From assembly GCA_041564355.1 (NCBI GenBank), contig JBFGQE010000002.1, positions 1-36,275 on the forward strand: a DNA stretch of 36,275 nucleotides, in the 5' to 3' direction. The notes below the pieces were generated by a model. It worked only from the letters and a program-made list of their open reading frames with translations, did no database searches and had not been told where the DNA came from. The DNA is from Gammaproteobacteria bacterium (GTDB taxonomy: Bacteria > Pseudomonadota > Gammaproteobacteria > GCA-001735895). Position 1 is the stretch's first letter. Each line of letters begins with the position of its first letter. Below, piece by piece: positions 8,429 to 17,510 of this stretch. The position numbers and the translations under genes were made by a program.

Positions 8429-8680
8429 ATGGACGTTTCGGTCACCCTGTTCGGCGGGCTGCGCCACTACCTGCCCGCCGGCAGCTCATTCAACCATTGC
8501 AGGATCAGCGTTGAAGACGGCGCGACGCTCGACCAGCTGCTCGAGCGGGTGCCGATTCCCGAGGACAAGAAATTCCTGGTTATCGTCAACGACGAGCGCG
8601 TCGCGGAGCAGGATTATGCCGGGATCACGCTGGGCGCCGATGACGAGGTCGTGCTGCTTCCCCCGATCAAGGGTGGCTGA
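8429..8680 (+). CDS. MoaD/ThiS-family sulfur-carrier-like protein
   Basis: 83-aa ORF ending ...VVLLPPIKGG (C-terminal Gly-Gly). Starts 12 nt after the AOR stop. Confidence 0.8.
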   Translation: MDVSVTLFGGLRHYLPAGSSFNHCRISVEDGATLDQLLERVPIPEDKKFLVIVNDERVAEQDYAGITLGADDEVVLLPPIKGG

Positions 8681-8747
8681 GGCATGGCGGAAGCCGGAGC
8701 GCTGCCTCGATCATCGCTGGTAGGCGATAGAGGCTTGCAGCGTCGCG

Positions 8748-10241
8748 TCAGGCGGCGCATTCCTCGGTAGAGACCACTTCGCCATCGCCATCGAGGATTT
8801 CCAGTTTGACGCCGAAGCCCCAGAGTCGGCGTAAATGCCTGAGCACTTCTTCCCGGGTATCGGCCAGCGGAACCCGATTATGCGGCACGTGGCGCAGCGT
8901 CATGGACCGGTCGCCGCGCACGTCGACGTTGTGGACCTGGATATTGGGCTCGTTCATGCTCAGGTTATACTGGTTCGACAATGACTGGCGGATGTGCTGG
9001 TAGCCGGCGTCGTTGTGAATCGAGGTCACCTCGAGTTCGCTTAGCTCGTCGTCGTCAAGAATGGAGAACAGCTTGAAATCACGTATCAGGCGCGGCGAAA
9101 GGAACTACGAAATAAAGCTTTCGTCCTTGAAATTGCGCATCGCGAAATCGAGCGTTTCCTGCCAGTCCGAGCCGGCGATATCGGGAAACCACTTGCGATC
9201 CTCGTCGTCGGGGTCGGTACAGATGCGCTTGATGTCGGTCATCATTGCGTAGCCCAGCGCATACGGGTTGATCCCGGAAAAATACTCGCTGTCGAAATCC
9301 GGTTGCGCGACGACATTGGTGTGGCTCTGGATAAACTCCAGCATGAATCCGTCGGTCACCTTGCCGCGGTCGTAGAGCGCGTTCATGATCTGGTAATGCC
9401 AGAAGCAGGCCCAGCCCTCGTTCATCACCTGGGTCTGCCGCTGCGGGTAAAAGTATTGCCCGATCTTGCGCACGATGCGCACGACTTCGCGCTGCCAGGG
9501 CTCCAGCAGCGGCGCATTTTTTTCAATGAAATAGAGAATATTTTCCTGCGGCTCCTCGGGGAAGTTCGGCAGCGTCTCCTCCTCGATCTCGGCCACCTTC
9601 TGCGGAATGGTTTTGCGCCACAGGTCGTTTACCTGCGACTGCAGGTAGGCCTCGCGCTCCTTCAGGCGCTCCTTCTCTTCGCGCATCGAAACCGGGTTCG
9701 GTCGCTTGTATCGGTCGACCCCGTAATTTTGTAGCGCATGGCAAGAATCGAGCAGATTCTCGACTTCCTCGATACCGTAACGTTCTTCGCATTCGGCGAT
9801 ATAGCGCTTGGCGAAGACCAGGTAATCGATTATCGCCTCGGCATCGGTCCAGGCGCGAAACAGGTAATTACCCTTGAAAAAAGAATTGTGCCCGAAACTG
9901 GCGTGCGCGATGACCAGTGCCTGCATCATCATCGTGTTCTCTTCCATCAGGTAGGCGATACATGGGTTCGAATTGATCACGATTTCGTAAGCCAGTCCCA
10001 TGCGTCCGCGGCGATACTGCTGCTCGTTCTTGATGAAGTGCTTACCGAAGGACCAGTGGCTGTAGCCAATCGGCATGCCGATGCTGGCGTAGGCATCGAG
10101 CATTTGTTCGGCGGTTATCAGCTCGATCTGGTTGGGATAGGTGTCGAGTCCGAATTCCTCGGCGATCGATTCTATTTCGGCATGGTACTGTTCGATCAGT
10201 TCGAAGGTCCATTCCGCGCCGGTCGATATCGGTTCTCTCAT
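8748..10241 (-). pseudogene. ycgB: SpoVR/YcgB-family protein interrupted by a single in-frame TAG (9107-9105)
   Basis: ORF 9105-10241 (378 aa, [20 protein letters not shown]...RNFKDESFIS) stops at TAG. The same frame continues without further stops as FLSPRLIRDFKLFSILDDDELSELEVTSIHNDAGYQHIRQSLSNQYNLSMNEPNIQVHNVDVRGDRSMTLRH...LWGFGVKLEILD, ending at 8748. The two parts together (about 497 codons) match the full-length family. The upstream start overlaps the yeaH stop. Confidence 0.85.
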
Positions 10242-11503
10242 CGCTGCGCCTGTTTTCTGAAAAATTCGCGGAACACGGGGTAAATGTCTTCGTACTCGCG
10301 AATATGCTGCATCGCGAAATTATCGTGGCTGTCGAGCAGATGCTCGTAATGCTCCCACAGGCCCTGATGGTCACGCCGGGTAATCTCGACGTAAGCGTAG
10401 TAGCGCAGCTCCGGCAGCAATTGCTTGGCCAGGATTTGTTCGCACAACGGCGAATCATCGTTCCAGTTATCACCGTCGGAAGCCTGTGCCGCGTATATGT
10501 TCCAGTCGGTAGGCGGGTAGCGCTGCTGGATAATATCGCGCGTCAGCTCGAGCGCGCTGGAAACGATCGTGCCGCCGGTCTCGCGCGAGTAAAAAAACTC
10601 TTCCTCGTCGACTTCCTTGGCCTGGGTGTGGTGGCGAATATAGACCACGTCGACATCACGATAGCTCCGCGTCAGGAACAGGTAGAGCAGGATATAGAAG
10701 CGTTTCGCAATATCCTTGGTTTCCTGGTCCATCGAGCCGGATACGTCCATCAGGCAAAACATCACGGCCTGCGAGGTCGGCTCGGGACGCTGCACGAAAT
10801 TATTGAAGCGCAGATCGAAGGTATCGATAAACGGGATATTGCTGATCCGCTTGCGCAGCGTGTCGATTTCTTCCTCGAGCTCGATCAACCGGCTCTCCTC
10901 GCTACCCGGTTTTTGCTGCAGCGCTTCGAGTTCGGCCTCTAGCTCGCGCAGGCGACGCCGCGGTTCCGCGCCCATCGCGACGCGGCGGGACAGCGCCGAA
11001 CGCAACGAACGCACGATATTGATATTGGTCGGCACCCCATCGCTGGTGAAACCGGCGCGCACGGTCTTGCTCTTGGTCATCTTGCGCAGCTGGTTTTTTT
11101 GTAGGTTGGGCAGCTCGAGGTCATCGAAAAGCATGTCGAGGTACTCGTCCTTGGAAATCTCGAAGGAAAAATCGTCCTCGCCCTCGCCGCTGTCGCTGGC
11201 GCGGCGTCCCTGGCCCCCGCCCTGGCTCATCGGACGCTTGATCTTGTCGCCCTTGGCAAACTCCTTGTTGCCCGGGTAGACGCCCTCGCGCACCCCGCCC
11301 TGGTCGCTGCGAAAAGTCGGCTCGGAGATATCACGCGTCGGAATCGAGACGCTTTCGCCGCTATCGATGTTGGTAATCGATCGCTCGGAGATCTGTTCCG
11401 CGATCGCCTTCTTGATCTGCGTCTTGTAACGACGCAAAAAGCGTTGCCGGTTTACCGTGCTCTTGTTCTTCGCGTTCGGCCGTCTATCGATGAGTTGCGC
11501 CAT
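10238..11503 (-). CDS. yeaH: YeaH/YhbH family protein (DUF444, vWA-like)
   Basis: 421-aa [37 protein letters not shown]..., with a C-terminal MDVSGSM vWA/MIDAS-like motif. Lies between yeaG and ycgB as in the conserved three-gene operon. Confidence 0.9.
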   Translation of the reverse strand: MAQLIDRRPNAKNKSTVNRQRFLRRYKTQIKKAIAEQISERSITNIDSGESVSIPTRDISEPTFRSDQGGVREGVYPGNKEFAKGDKIKRPMSQGGGQGRRASDSGEGEDDFSFEISKDEYLDMLFDDLELPNLQKNQLRKMTKSKTVRAGFTSDGVPTNINIVRSLRSALSRRVAMGAEPRRRLRELEAELEALQQKPGSEESRLIELEEEIDTLRKRISNIPFIDTFDLRFNNFVQRPEPTSQAVMFCLMDVSGSMDQETKDIAKRFYILLYLFLTRSYRDVDVVYIRHHTQAKEVDEEEFFYSRETGGTIVSSALELTRDIIQQRYPPTDWNIYAAQASDGDNWNDDSPLCEQILAKQLLPELRYYAYVEITRRDHQGLWEHYEHLLDSHDNFAMQHIREYEDIYPVFREFFRKQAQR

Positions 11504-11532
11504 TTCAGTACTCTACCTCGCAACCGCATCGC

Positions 11533-13455
11533 TTATGACGACTTCCTGACGCGCAGATACCATTCACAGAGCAGGCGTACCTGCTTTTCGGTGTAACCTT
11601 TCTCGACCATGCGCGAGACGAAATTGGCATGTTTCTTTTCATCTTCCTCGGATGCCTTGGCGCTGAACGAAATAACCGGGAGCAGTTCCTCGGTATTGGA
11701 GAACATCTTCTTTTCGATCACCGTGCGCAGTTTTTCGTAAGAGACCCATTCCGGGTTGTTGCCTTCATTTTGCGCACGTGCCCTTAACACGAAATTAACG
11801 ACCTCGTTACGAAAATCCTTCGGGTTCGAGATCCCGGCCGGTTTCTCGATTTTTTCCAACTCTTCGTTAAGCGACGCGCGGCCGAAGTTTTCCCCGGTCT
11901 CGGGATCGCGATATTCCTGGTCCTGGATCCAGAAATCGGCATAAGTGACGTAGCGATCGAAAATATTCTGCCCATACTCGGAGTAAGACTCGAGGTAAGA
12001 AGTCTGGATTTCCTTGCCGATAAACTCGACGTAATTCGGCACCAGGAAGGCCTTGATGTGCTCGAGGTAGCGATCATGCAACTCCTGGGGAAACTGTTCA
12101 CGGGCGATCTGTTGTTCGAGCACGTAGAGCAGGTGCACCGGGTTCGCCGCGACCTCGGTCTGGTCGAAATTGAACACGCGGGACAATATCTTGAACGCAA
12201 ACCGCGTCGACAGGCCGCGCATGCCTTCGTCGACGCCGGCGTAATCGCGGTACTCCTGGTAGGACTTGGCTTTCGGGTCGGTGTCCTTCAGGCTTTCCCC
12301 GTCGTAGACTCGCATCTTCGAATAGATACTCGAGTTTTCCGGGGTCATGAGACGCGACAAAACGCTGAACTGGGCCAGCATTTCCAGCGTGCTCGGCGCG
12401 CAGGGCGCCTCGGAGAGCGAACTGTTGGCCAGCAGCTTGTCGTAAATCCGGATTTCCTCGGAAACGCGCAGACAATAGGGCACCTTGACGATATAGACGC
12501 GGTCGAGAAACGCCTCGTTGTTCTTGTTATTCCGGAACGACTGCCATTCCGATTCGTTGGAATGCGCCAGGATCGTGCCTTCGAAAGGCAGCGCGGAAAG
12601 TCCCTCGGTGCCGTTGTAATTGCCTTCCTGGGTCGCCGTCAGCAACGGGTGCAACACCTTGATCGGAGCCTTGAACATTTCGACGAATTCCATCAAGCCC
12701 TGGTTGGCCCGGCACAGCGCGCCAGAGTAACTGTACGCGTCGGCATCGTTCTGCGCGTAGTGCTCGAGCATGCGGATATCGACCTTACCCACCAGCGACG
12801 AGATATCCTGGTTGTTTTCATCGCCCGGTTCGGTCTTGGCGATGGCGATCTGGTTCAGGATCGACGGCTGGATCTTGACCACCTTGAACTGGCTGATATC
12901 GCCGCCGAACTCGTTGAGGCGCTTTACCGCCCAGGGCGACATGATCTTGTTCAGGTAACGTCGCGCAATGCCGTACTCCTGCTCGAGGATTTCACCGTCC
13001 TCGTCGACATCGAACAGCCCCAGTGGCGATTCGAACACCGGCGAATCCTTGATCGCGTAGATCGGCAGCTTTTCCATCAGCGCCTTGAGCCGGTCCGCGA
13101 GCGAAGACTTACCGCCGCCGACGGGACCGAGCAAATAAAGGATTTGTTTCTTTTCCTCGAGGCCCTGCGCGGCGTGTTTGAAGTAGGACACGATCTGCTC
13201 GATCGAATCTTCCATGCCATAGAATTCGTCGAAAGCCGGGTAGCGCGCGATCAGCTTGTTGGAAAAAATCCGGCTGAGGCGGGGATCCTGCGAGGTGTCG
13301 ATCAGTTCGGGCTTGCCGATCGCAGCCAGCATGCGCTCCGCGGCGGTGGCATACACCAGCGGGTTTTCCTTGCACAGGTGTAAATAATCCTGCAACGAGA
13401 GCTCTTCCTGCAGGTGCTGTTCGAAACGCTGTTGATAACTTTCGAAAATGCTCAT
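11533..13455 (-). CDS. yeaG: PrkA-family serine protein kinase YeaG
   Basis: 640-aa ORF, MSIFESYQQRFEQ...LSLQDYLHLCKENPLVYATAAERML. Walker A motif LLGPVGGGKSSL. First gene of yeaG-yeaH-ycgB. Confidence 0.93.
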   Translation of the reverse strand: MSIFESYQQRFEQHLQEELSLQDYLHLCKENPLVYATAAERMLAAIGKPELIDTSQDPRLSRIFSNKLIARYPAFDEFYGMEDSIEQIVSYFKHAAQGLEEKKQILYLLGPVGGGKSSLADRLKALMEKLPIYAIKDSPVFESPLGLFDVDEDGEILEQEYGIARRYLNKIMSPWAVKRLNEFGGDISQFKVVKIQPSILNQIAIAKTEPGDENNQDISSLVGKVDIRMLEHYAQNDADAYSYSGALCRANQGLMEFVEMFKAPIKVLHPLLTATQEGNYNGTEGLSALPFEGTILAHSNESEWQSFRNNKNNEAFLDRVYIVKVPYCLRVSEEIRIYDKLLANSSLSEAPCAPSTLEMLAQFSVLSRLMTPENSSIYSKMRVYDGESLKDTDPKAKSYQEYRDYAGVDEGMRGLSTRFAFKILSRVFNFDQTEVAANPVHLLYVLEQQIAREQFPQELHDRYLEHIKAFLVPNYVEFIGKEIQTSYLESYSEYGQNIFDRYVTYADFWIQDQEYRDPETGENFGRASLNEELEKIEKPAGISNPKDFRNEVVNFVLRARAQNEGNNPEWVSYEKLRTVIEKKMFSNTEELLPVISFSAKASEEDEKKHANFVSRMVEKGYTEKQVRLLCEWYLRVRKSS

Positions 13456-13751
13456 TGGGGCTACCTCTTCCTCATAATCGGATCAGGAACGGCGCCCATC
13501 GCATCGCGGCATAATGATCAGGCGCCGCCTGACCGTACTTCGTTACTCTTTCGTTTACGTGACTCGAGCTTTAATAGATTACCTAAAGCATAGTCAATAT
13601 TTAGACGAGGGGATGAGAATTTCGTTCGCATATTCAAGGACTGCTTTTGCCAAATAATTCACTAATTCGCGCCTCGTCGCGGCAGCCCATCTTAGCACGC
13701 CGCCCGGATACGATTAATGCCTTGCATGCAAGAAATCGACCAACCTGCATT

Positions 13752-13792
13752 AAAAAAAACATTGCCGCCAGCGAGGCGCCTATCACCGCCTC
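13752..13792 (-). terminator. Weak terminator candidate downstream of rsmI
   Basis: GAGGCG-N8-CGCCTC hairpin (13773-13792) and an alternative CGCC-N5-GGCG stem (13766-13778). On the minus strand these are followed by a T8 run (13759-13752). The stem-to-T-run spacing is not canonical. Confidence 0.3.
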
Positions 13793-13855
13793 GGTCGCCC
13801 AGCCCGCCCCTCGCGAGAAACCTTTAAGATTCATGCGTTTAGTGAAAACAGCGCC

Positions 13856-14704
13856 TCAGTTTTCGCCGGGCTCCCGGCGCAGAGCGAGCGCTGCCTGGTA
13901 GATTTCATTTTTCTTTTTGCCGGTCAATCGGGCGGCAATTTTAACCGCGGTTTTGACGGAAACCTCCTCGAGTAGCATTTTTATGACGTCGATATCGTCG
14001 GATTTCAGGCTCTGCTCTTCGGACCGCGTCGAATTATCGATCAGCACGACAAACTCCCCGCGCATCAGCCCGGGGTCCCCGCGCAACTGCCGCAGTATCT
14101 CGGACGCGCCGCCGCGCAAGAAGCGTTCGTGCATCTTGGTCAGCTCCTTGGCCACGACGAGCTCGCTTTGCGCGAAAACATCAGCGAGCTGCTCGAGCAG
14201 GGCCTCGATTCGGTGGCGTGACTCGAATAACACCAGCGTCGCGCGAATCGAACGTATCGCCTCGAGCCGGGCCCTGCGTTCCGCCCCGCGCGCAGGCAGG
14301 AAACCGCAAAAATAGAAACTGTCGGTGGGTAACCCGGCGGCGCAAAGCGCGGTGGCGATGCTGCTCGGCCCCGGAATCGGAACGACCCGAATTTCGGCTT
14401 GCTGCGCGGCGCGCACGAGATTGAATCCGGGGTCCGAGAGCAGCGGCGTACCGGCATCCGAGATGAGGGCAACGCTCTCTCCCGCGAGCAACCGCTTGAC
14501 GAGTTCGTCGCTGCGCCCGATCTCGTTATGCTCGTGACAGGACAGCATCGGGGTCTGCACGCCCAGGTGATCCAGCAGCGGCCGGCTGTGGCGCGTGTCC
14601 TCGGCCGCGATCAGGTCGACGGACTTCAGCGTCGTCACCGCACGGTGGCTGATGTCATCGAGATTTCCGATGGGTGTCGCAACAATATAGAGTACGCCCG
14701 ACAT
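13856..14704 (-). CDS. rsmI: 16S rRNA (cytidine1402-2'-O)-methyltransferase RsmI
   Basis: 282-aa ORF, MSGVLYIVATPIGNLDDISHRAVTTLKSVDLIAAEDTRHS (tetrapyrrole-methylase fold signature). Divergent from lpoA. Confidence 0.93.
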   Translation of the reverse strand: MSGVLYIVATPIGNLDDISHRAVTTLKSVDLIAAEDTRHSRPLLDHLGVQTPMLSCHEHNEIGRSDELVKRLLAGESVALISDAGTPLLSDPGFNLVRAAQQAEIRVVPIPGPSSIATALCAAGLPTDSFYFCGFLPARGAERRARLEAIRSIRATLVLFESRHRIEALLEQLADVFAQSELVVAKELTKMHERFLRGGASEILRQLRGDPGLMRGEFVVLIDNSTRSEEQSLKSDDIDVIKMLLEEVSVKTAVKIAARLTGKKKNEIYQAALALRREPGEN

Positions 14705-14775
14705 GTAAAAGAGTGTACACTAACCACCCGTTACAAAATCACTTGTTCTCCGCGCCACCGCCGCTGAATCATTCG

Positions 14776-16716
14776 ATGAGATCGCTTCCTACCCTCCTGT
14801 CGCTAATCGCGCTCACGCTGCTGCTAACCGCCTGCGCAACGGGCCCGTCGGCCAGGGGCGTGGCGGGTGACGCCGGCGCGACAGGGTCCGGCACCGTCAA
14901 CGAGGGCGATACCCAGCTGACGCCCTACGAGGAAACGCTGATTCGCGCCTTCGACTTCGAGGTGGCCGAAAAATGGCTGGAGGCGGCGGTGCTTTACGAC
15001 GAACTCGCCCGCGAGAGCGAACAGCCGGAACGCTCGGCTTTTCTGATCAAGGTAGGGCTGATGTATTACCAGGGGGGGCTTTATGACCAGATTGACCCGT
15101 TTTTCGACGAGCTCGGCGAACAGGACATTCTGGCGCAGGATCAGAAATACAGGGAAATCATCCAGGCCGGCGGCTATTTTGGCGAAGGCAAGATTTACCA
15201 GAGCTTGCTCGCGTTACCCGACATCGACCAGATCGTCGATTTCCAGTACAAGGCGCTGGCGCTGAATATCCGCTCACGCGGTGTGCTCGCCATCGGCAAG
15301 CCGCTGGAAAGCGCCAGGTTGCGCATGCAGATCAGCCAGTTCCTGACGACCCCGCAGGCTATCGAAAAAAATCATGACTTCATCTGGGACGCGCTGAACC
15401 GGATCACCGAATCGTCGATCATTCGCGCGCTGGGCGAACAGCAGACCAGCGAAGTGCGCGGGTGGCTCGAACTGAATCTGATCGCACGCCGCTCCAACAT
15501 GCTGCCGGCCAAGATGGAGCCCTGGATCGACCAGTGGTACCAGCTCTACGGCGATCACGCGGCGGCACCGAGCTTCGCGATCAACCTGCTCGAAGAAAGC
15601 AGGCGCATCTACATCAATCCGACCCGCATCGCGCTGATGTTACCGTTCACGGGACGCCTGGAACAGGTTTCCAATTCAATCCAGAACGGCTTTCTCTATG
15701 CCTATTATCAGGATCCCGCCCAGGTCGCGGATCTGGAAATCATCAACGCGAGTACCGATCCGGTAGAGTTCAATCTGCAGTACGAGCAGGCGATTCAAAA
15801 CGGCGCGGATTTTATCGTCGGGCCGATCAGCAAGGAGCTGATCGATCTGCTGCAACAGCGCGAACAGCTCGAGGTGCCGACCCTGACGCTGAACTACGGT
15901 AACGAAGAGGCCGAAACCGTTCAGAATCTGTACCAGTTCGGCCTGCGCCCCGAGGACGAGGCCGAACAGATTGCCGATCTCGCGCTGGCCCAGGGCCGCT
16001 ACCATGCGCTCGTGCTGGTACCGGATACCGAGTGGGGGTATCGCCTGCAGCGGGCATTCAGCAAGCGTTTCGAATCGCTCGGTGGTCGCGTGGTCGGCAA
16101 CGGTGCGTACCCCGCGAAAAAGAATGATTATTCCGCGGCGATCAAAGACCTGCTCAACCTGACCACGAGTAACCACCGCAAGACCATCCTGCAGCAGGTC
16201 ATCCAGAAGCAGGTCGAGTTCGATGCGCGACGGCGTCGCGATGTGGACATGATTTTTATCGCCGCTAATTCGCGCCAGGCCCGCCTGATCAAGCCCCAGC
16301 TCAAGTTCCACCATGCCCAGGATCTGCCGGTCTACGCAACCTCGCATATTTCATCGAGTACGGCCAACCCGGACGACGACCGAGACCTGAATGAGATCCT
16401 CTTCGTCGACATTCCTTGGATGCTGGATAATCGAGATAATCCCGACCACCGCCAGGTCAAACGCCTGTGGCCGGACACCAGCCAGCGATTCAGTCGCCTG
16501 TTCGCGCTCGGCATCGACGCCTACCGAATGATACCGTCGCTGCGCCGCCTGATGATTAATCCCGACGAGTCGATAGCACACAATACCGGCCGCCTGTCGG
16601 TGGACAAGCATGGCAGGGTGCATCGCTCGCTGTTGCTTGCGACCTATGAAAATGGCAGGGCTCGACTGCTTGAAATTCCGACCGATTCGAACCTGACCTC
16701 CCGCTTATCGCCCTAG
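14776..16716 (+). CDS. lpoA: Penicillin-binding protein activator LpoA (LppC family lipoprotein)
   Basis: The track ORF starts at 14674 and overlaps rsmI. ATG 14776 gives MRSLPTLLSLIALTLLLTAC (signal peptide plus lipobox LTAC). TPR-like N-domain and periplasmic-binding-like C-domain (IALMLPFTGRLEQVSNSIQNGF...). rsmI/lpoA/yraN synteny. Confidence 0.88.
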   Translation: MRSLPTLLSLIALTLLLTACATGPSARGVAGDAGATGSGTVNEGDTQLTPYEETLIRAFDFEVAEKWLEAAVLYDELARESEQPERSAFLIKVGLMYYQGGLYDQIDPFFDELGEQDILAQDQKYREIIQAGGYFGEGKIYQSLLALPDIDQIVDFQYKALALNIRSRGVLAIGKPLESARLRMQISQFLTTPQAIEKNHDFIWDALNRITESSIIRALGEQQTSEVRGWLELNLIARRSNMLPAKMEPWIDQWYQLYGDHAAAPSFAINLLEESRRIYINPTRIALMLPFTGRLEQVSNSIQNGFLYAYYQDPAQVADLEIINASTDPVEFNLQYEQAIQNGADFIVGPISKELIDLLQQREQLEVPTLTLNYGNEEAETVQNLYQFGLRPEDEAEQIADLALAQGRYHALVLVPDTEWGYRLQRAFSKRFESLGGRVVGNGAYPAKKNDYSAAIKDLLNLTTSNHRKTILQQVIQKQVEFDARRRRDVDMIFIAANSRQARLIKPQLKFHHAQDLPVYATSHISSSTANPDDDRDLNEILFVDIPWMLDNRDNPDHRQVKRLWPDTSQRFSRLFALGIDAYRMIPSLRRLMINPDESIAHNTGRLSVDKHGRVHRSLLLATYENGRARLLEIPTDSNLTSRLSP

Positions 16717-16719
16717 ACG

Positions 16720-17091
16720 ATGCGCGCAAATCTCGGCAAAGGATTGCATTTCGAAGAACGGGCCAGGGACTGGCTCACCGCGCGCGGACTGCAGCTGCTG
16801 CAGGCTAACTACCGCTGTCGCTTCGGCGAAATCGACCTGATCATGTGCGATCGCGAAACGCTTTGCTTCGTCGAGGTCAAGTACCGGCGCTCGTCGGCCT
16901 ATGGTGGCGCCGCGGCCGCGATTTCGCCGGCGAAGCAACGCAAACTGATCCGCAGTGCACAATGCTATCTCGCGACCCGGCGAGCGCTCGCCGATCATCC
17001 GATGCGTTTCGATGCGTTGTTGATTCAGCGCGACGCTAATGGAACCGCCTGCTTCAACTGGATTCGGGATGCCTTTCCTGCAGACGTCTAG
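16720..17091 (+). CDS. yraN: YraN family (UPF0102) endonuclease-like protein
   Basis: 123-aa ORF with GEIDLIM...LCFVEVKYR (PD-(D/E)xK-like core). Starts 4 nt after lpoA. Confidence 0.88.
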   Translation: MRANLGKGLHFEERARDWLTARGLQLLQANYRCRFGEIDLIMCDRETLCFVEVKYRRSSAYGGAAAAISPAKQRKLIRSAQCYLATRRALADHPMRFDALLIQRDANGTACFNWIRDAFPADV

Positions 17092-17117
17092 CCGTCCACG
17101 CCCCCGCCCGGGGTGCG

Positions 17118-17498
17118 CTACTTGATGACTTTCAGCGTCGGGCCGTCGCTCTTGCGCGGGGACTCGCCCGGATCATCGCTGCCCTCTCTCTCGTCGAGCG
17201 GGAACATCATGCCCTCCCCGTTCTCGCGCGCGTAAATCGCGAGCAGTGATGACATCGGGCAGTATACTTGCTGCGCCACGCCGCCAAAGCGCGCCGAAAA
17301 AACGATGCGCTCGTTGGCAATATCGAGATCCTGGACCGCGGCGGGTGCGATGTTCAGCACCACCTTGCCGTCGTTGGCAATGCCCTGCGGAATCTGCACC
17401 GCCTCGTCGCTCGTGTCGACCAGGATGTAGGGAGTTGTCTCGTTATCGAGTATCCACTGATACAGCGCGCGGACGAGATACGGCTTGCTCGGGGTCAT
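17118..17498 (-). CDS. sspB: ClpXP adaptor / stringent starvation protein B
   Basis: 126-aa ORF, MTPSKPYLVRALYQWILDNETTPYILVD...VVLNIAPAAVQDL...FSARFGG..., with an acidic tail and C-terminal LKVIK (ClpX-binding-type tail). Confidence 0.9.
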   Translation of the reverse strand: MTPSKPYLVRALYQWILDNETTPYILVDTSDEAVQIPQGIANDGKVVLNIAPAAVQDLDIANERIVFSARFGGVAQQVYCPMSSLLAIYARENGEGMMFPLDEREGSDDPGESPRKSDGPTLKVIK

Positions 17499-17510
17499 TT
17501 CGACGCGGGG

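Noticed and set aside
9105-9107. In-frame TAG in ycgB as programmed recoding (pyrrolysine or read-through).
   Set aside because: There are no pyl genes or recoding signals in view, and TAG terminates other genes in this window. A nonsense mutation or base-call error is far more parsimonious. I cannot exclude low-level read-through.
12058-13383. Very long antisense ORFs opposite well-supported genes: 441 aa opposite yeaG, and likewise 28238-30016 (592 aa) opposite murA/hisG, 27141-28343 (400 aa) opposite hisD, 19210-20133 (307 aa) opposite petB, and 2955-3737 opposite ftsI.
   Set aside because: Their translations are low-complexity and R/G/A/D/H-rich with no recognisable motifs. They mirror the codon frame of genes with unambiguous homology, which is the usual artefact of stop-codon depletion in GC-rich DNA.
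13721-13732. Perfect 12-bp palindrome CTTGCATGCAAG in the 400-bp AT-rich region upstream of yeaG.
   Set aside because: A 6+6 palindrome is expected about 9 times by chance in 36 kb. There is a single copy and no supporting context, so it is not reportable as a site.
13456-13855. I looked for a sigma54 promoter (TGGCAC-N5-TTGC) and for a small gene (66-aa ORF 13634-13834) upstream of yeaG.
   Set aside because: The best TGGC-containing candidates (TGGCAAAAGCAGTCC, TGGCGGCAATGTTTT) lack the -12 GC element. The 66-aa ORF has no SD, no motif and a composition typical of non-coding sequence.
17092-17117. GC-rich hairpin (CGCCCC-CGCCC-GGGGTG) between convergent yraN and sspB as a bidirectional terminator.
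   Set aside because: The 6-bp stem includes a G-U pair and there is no U-tract on either strand, which is too weak to call.
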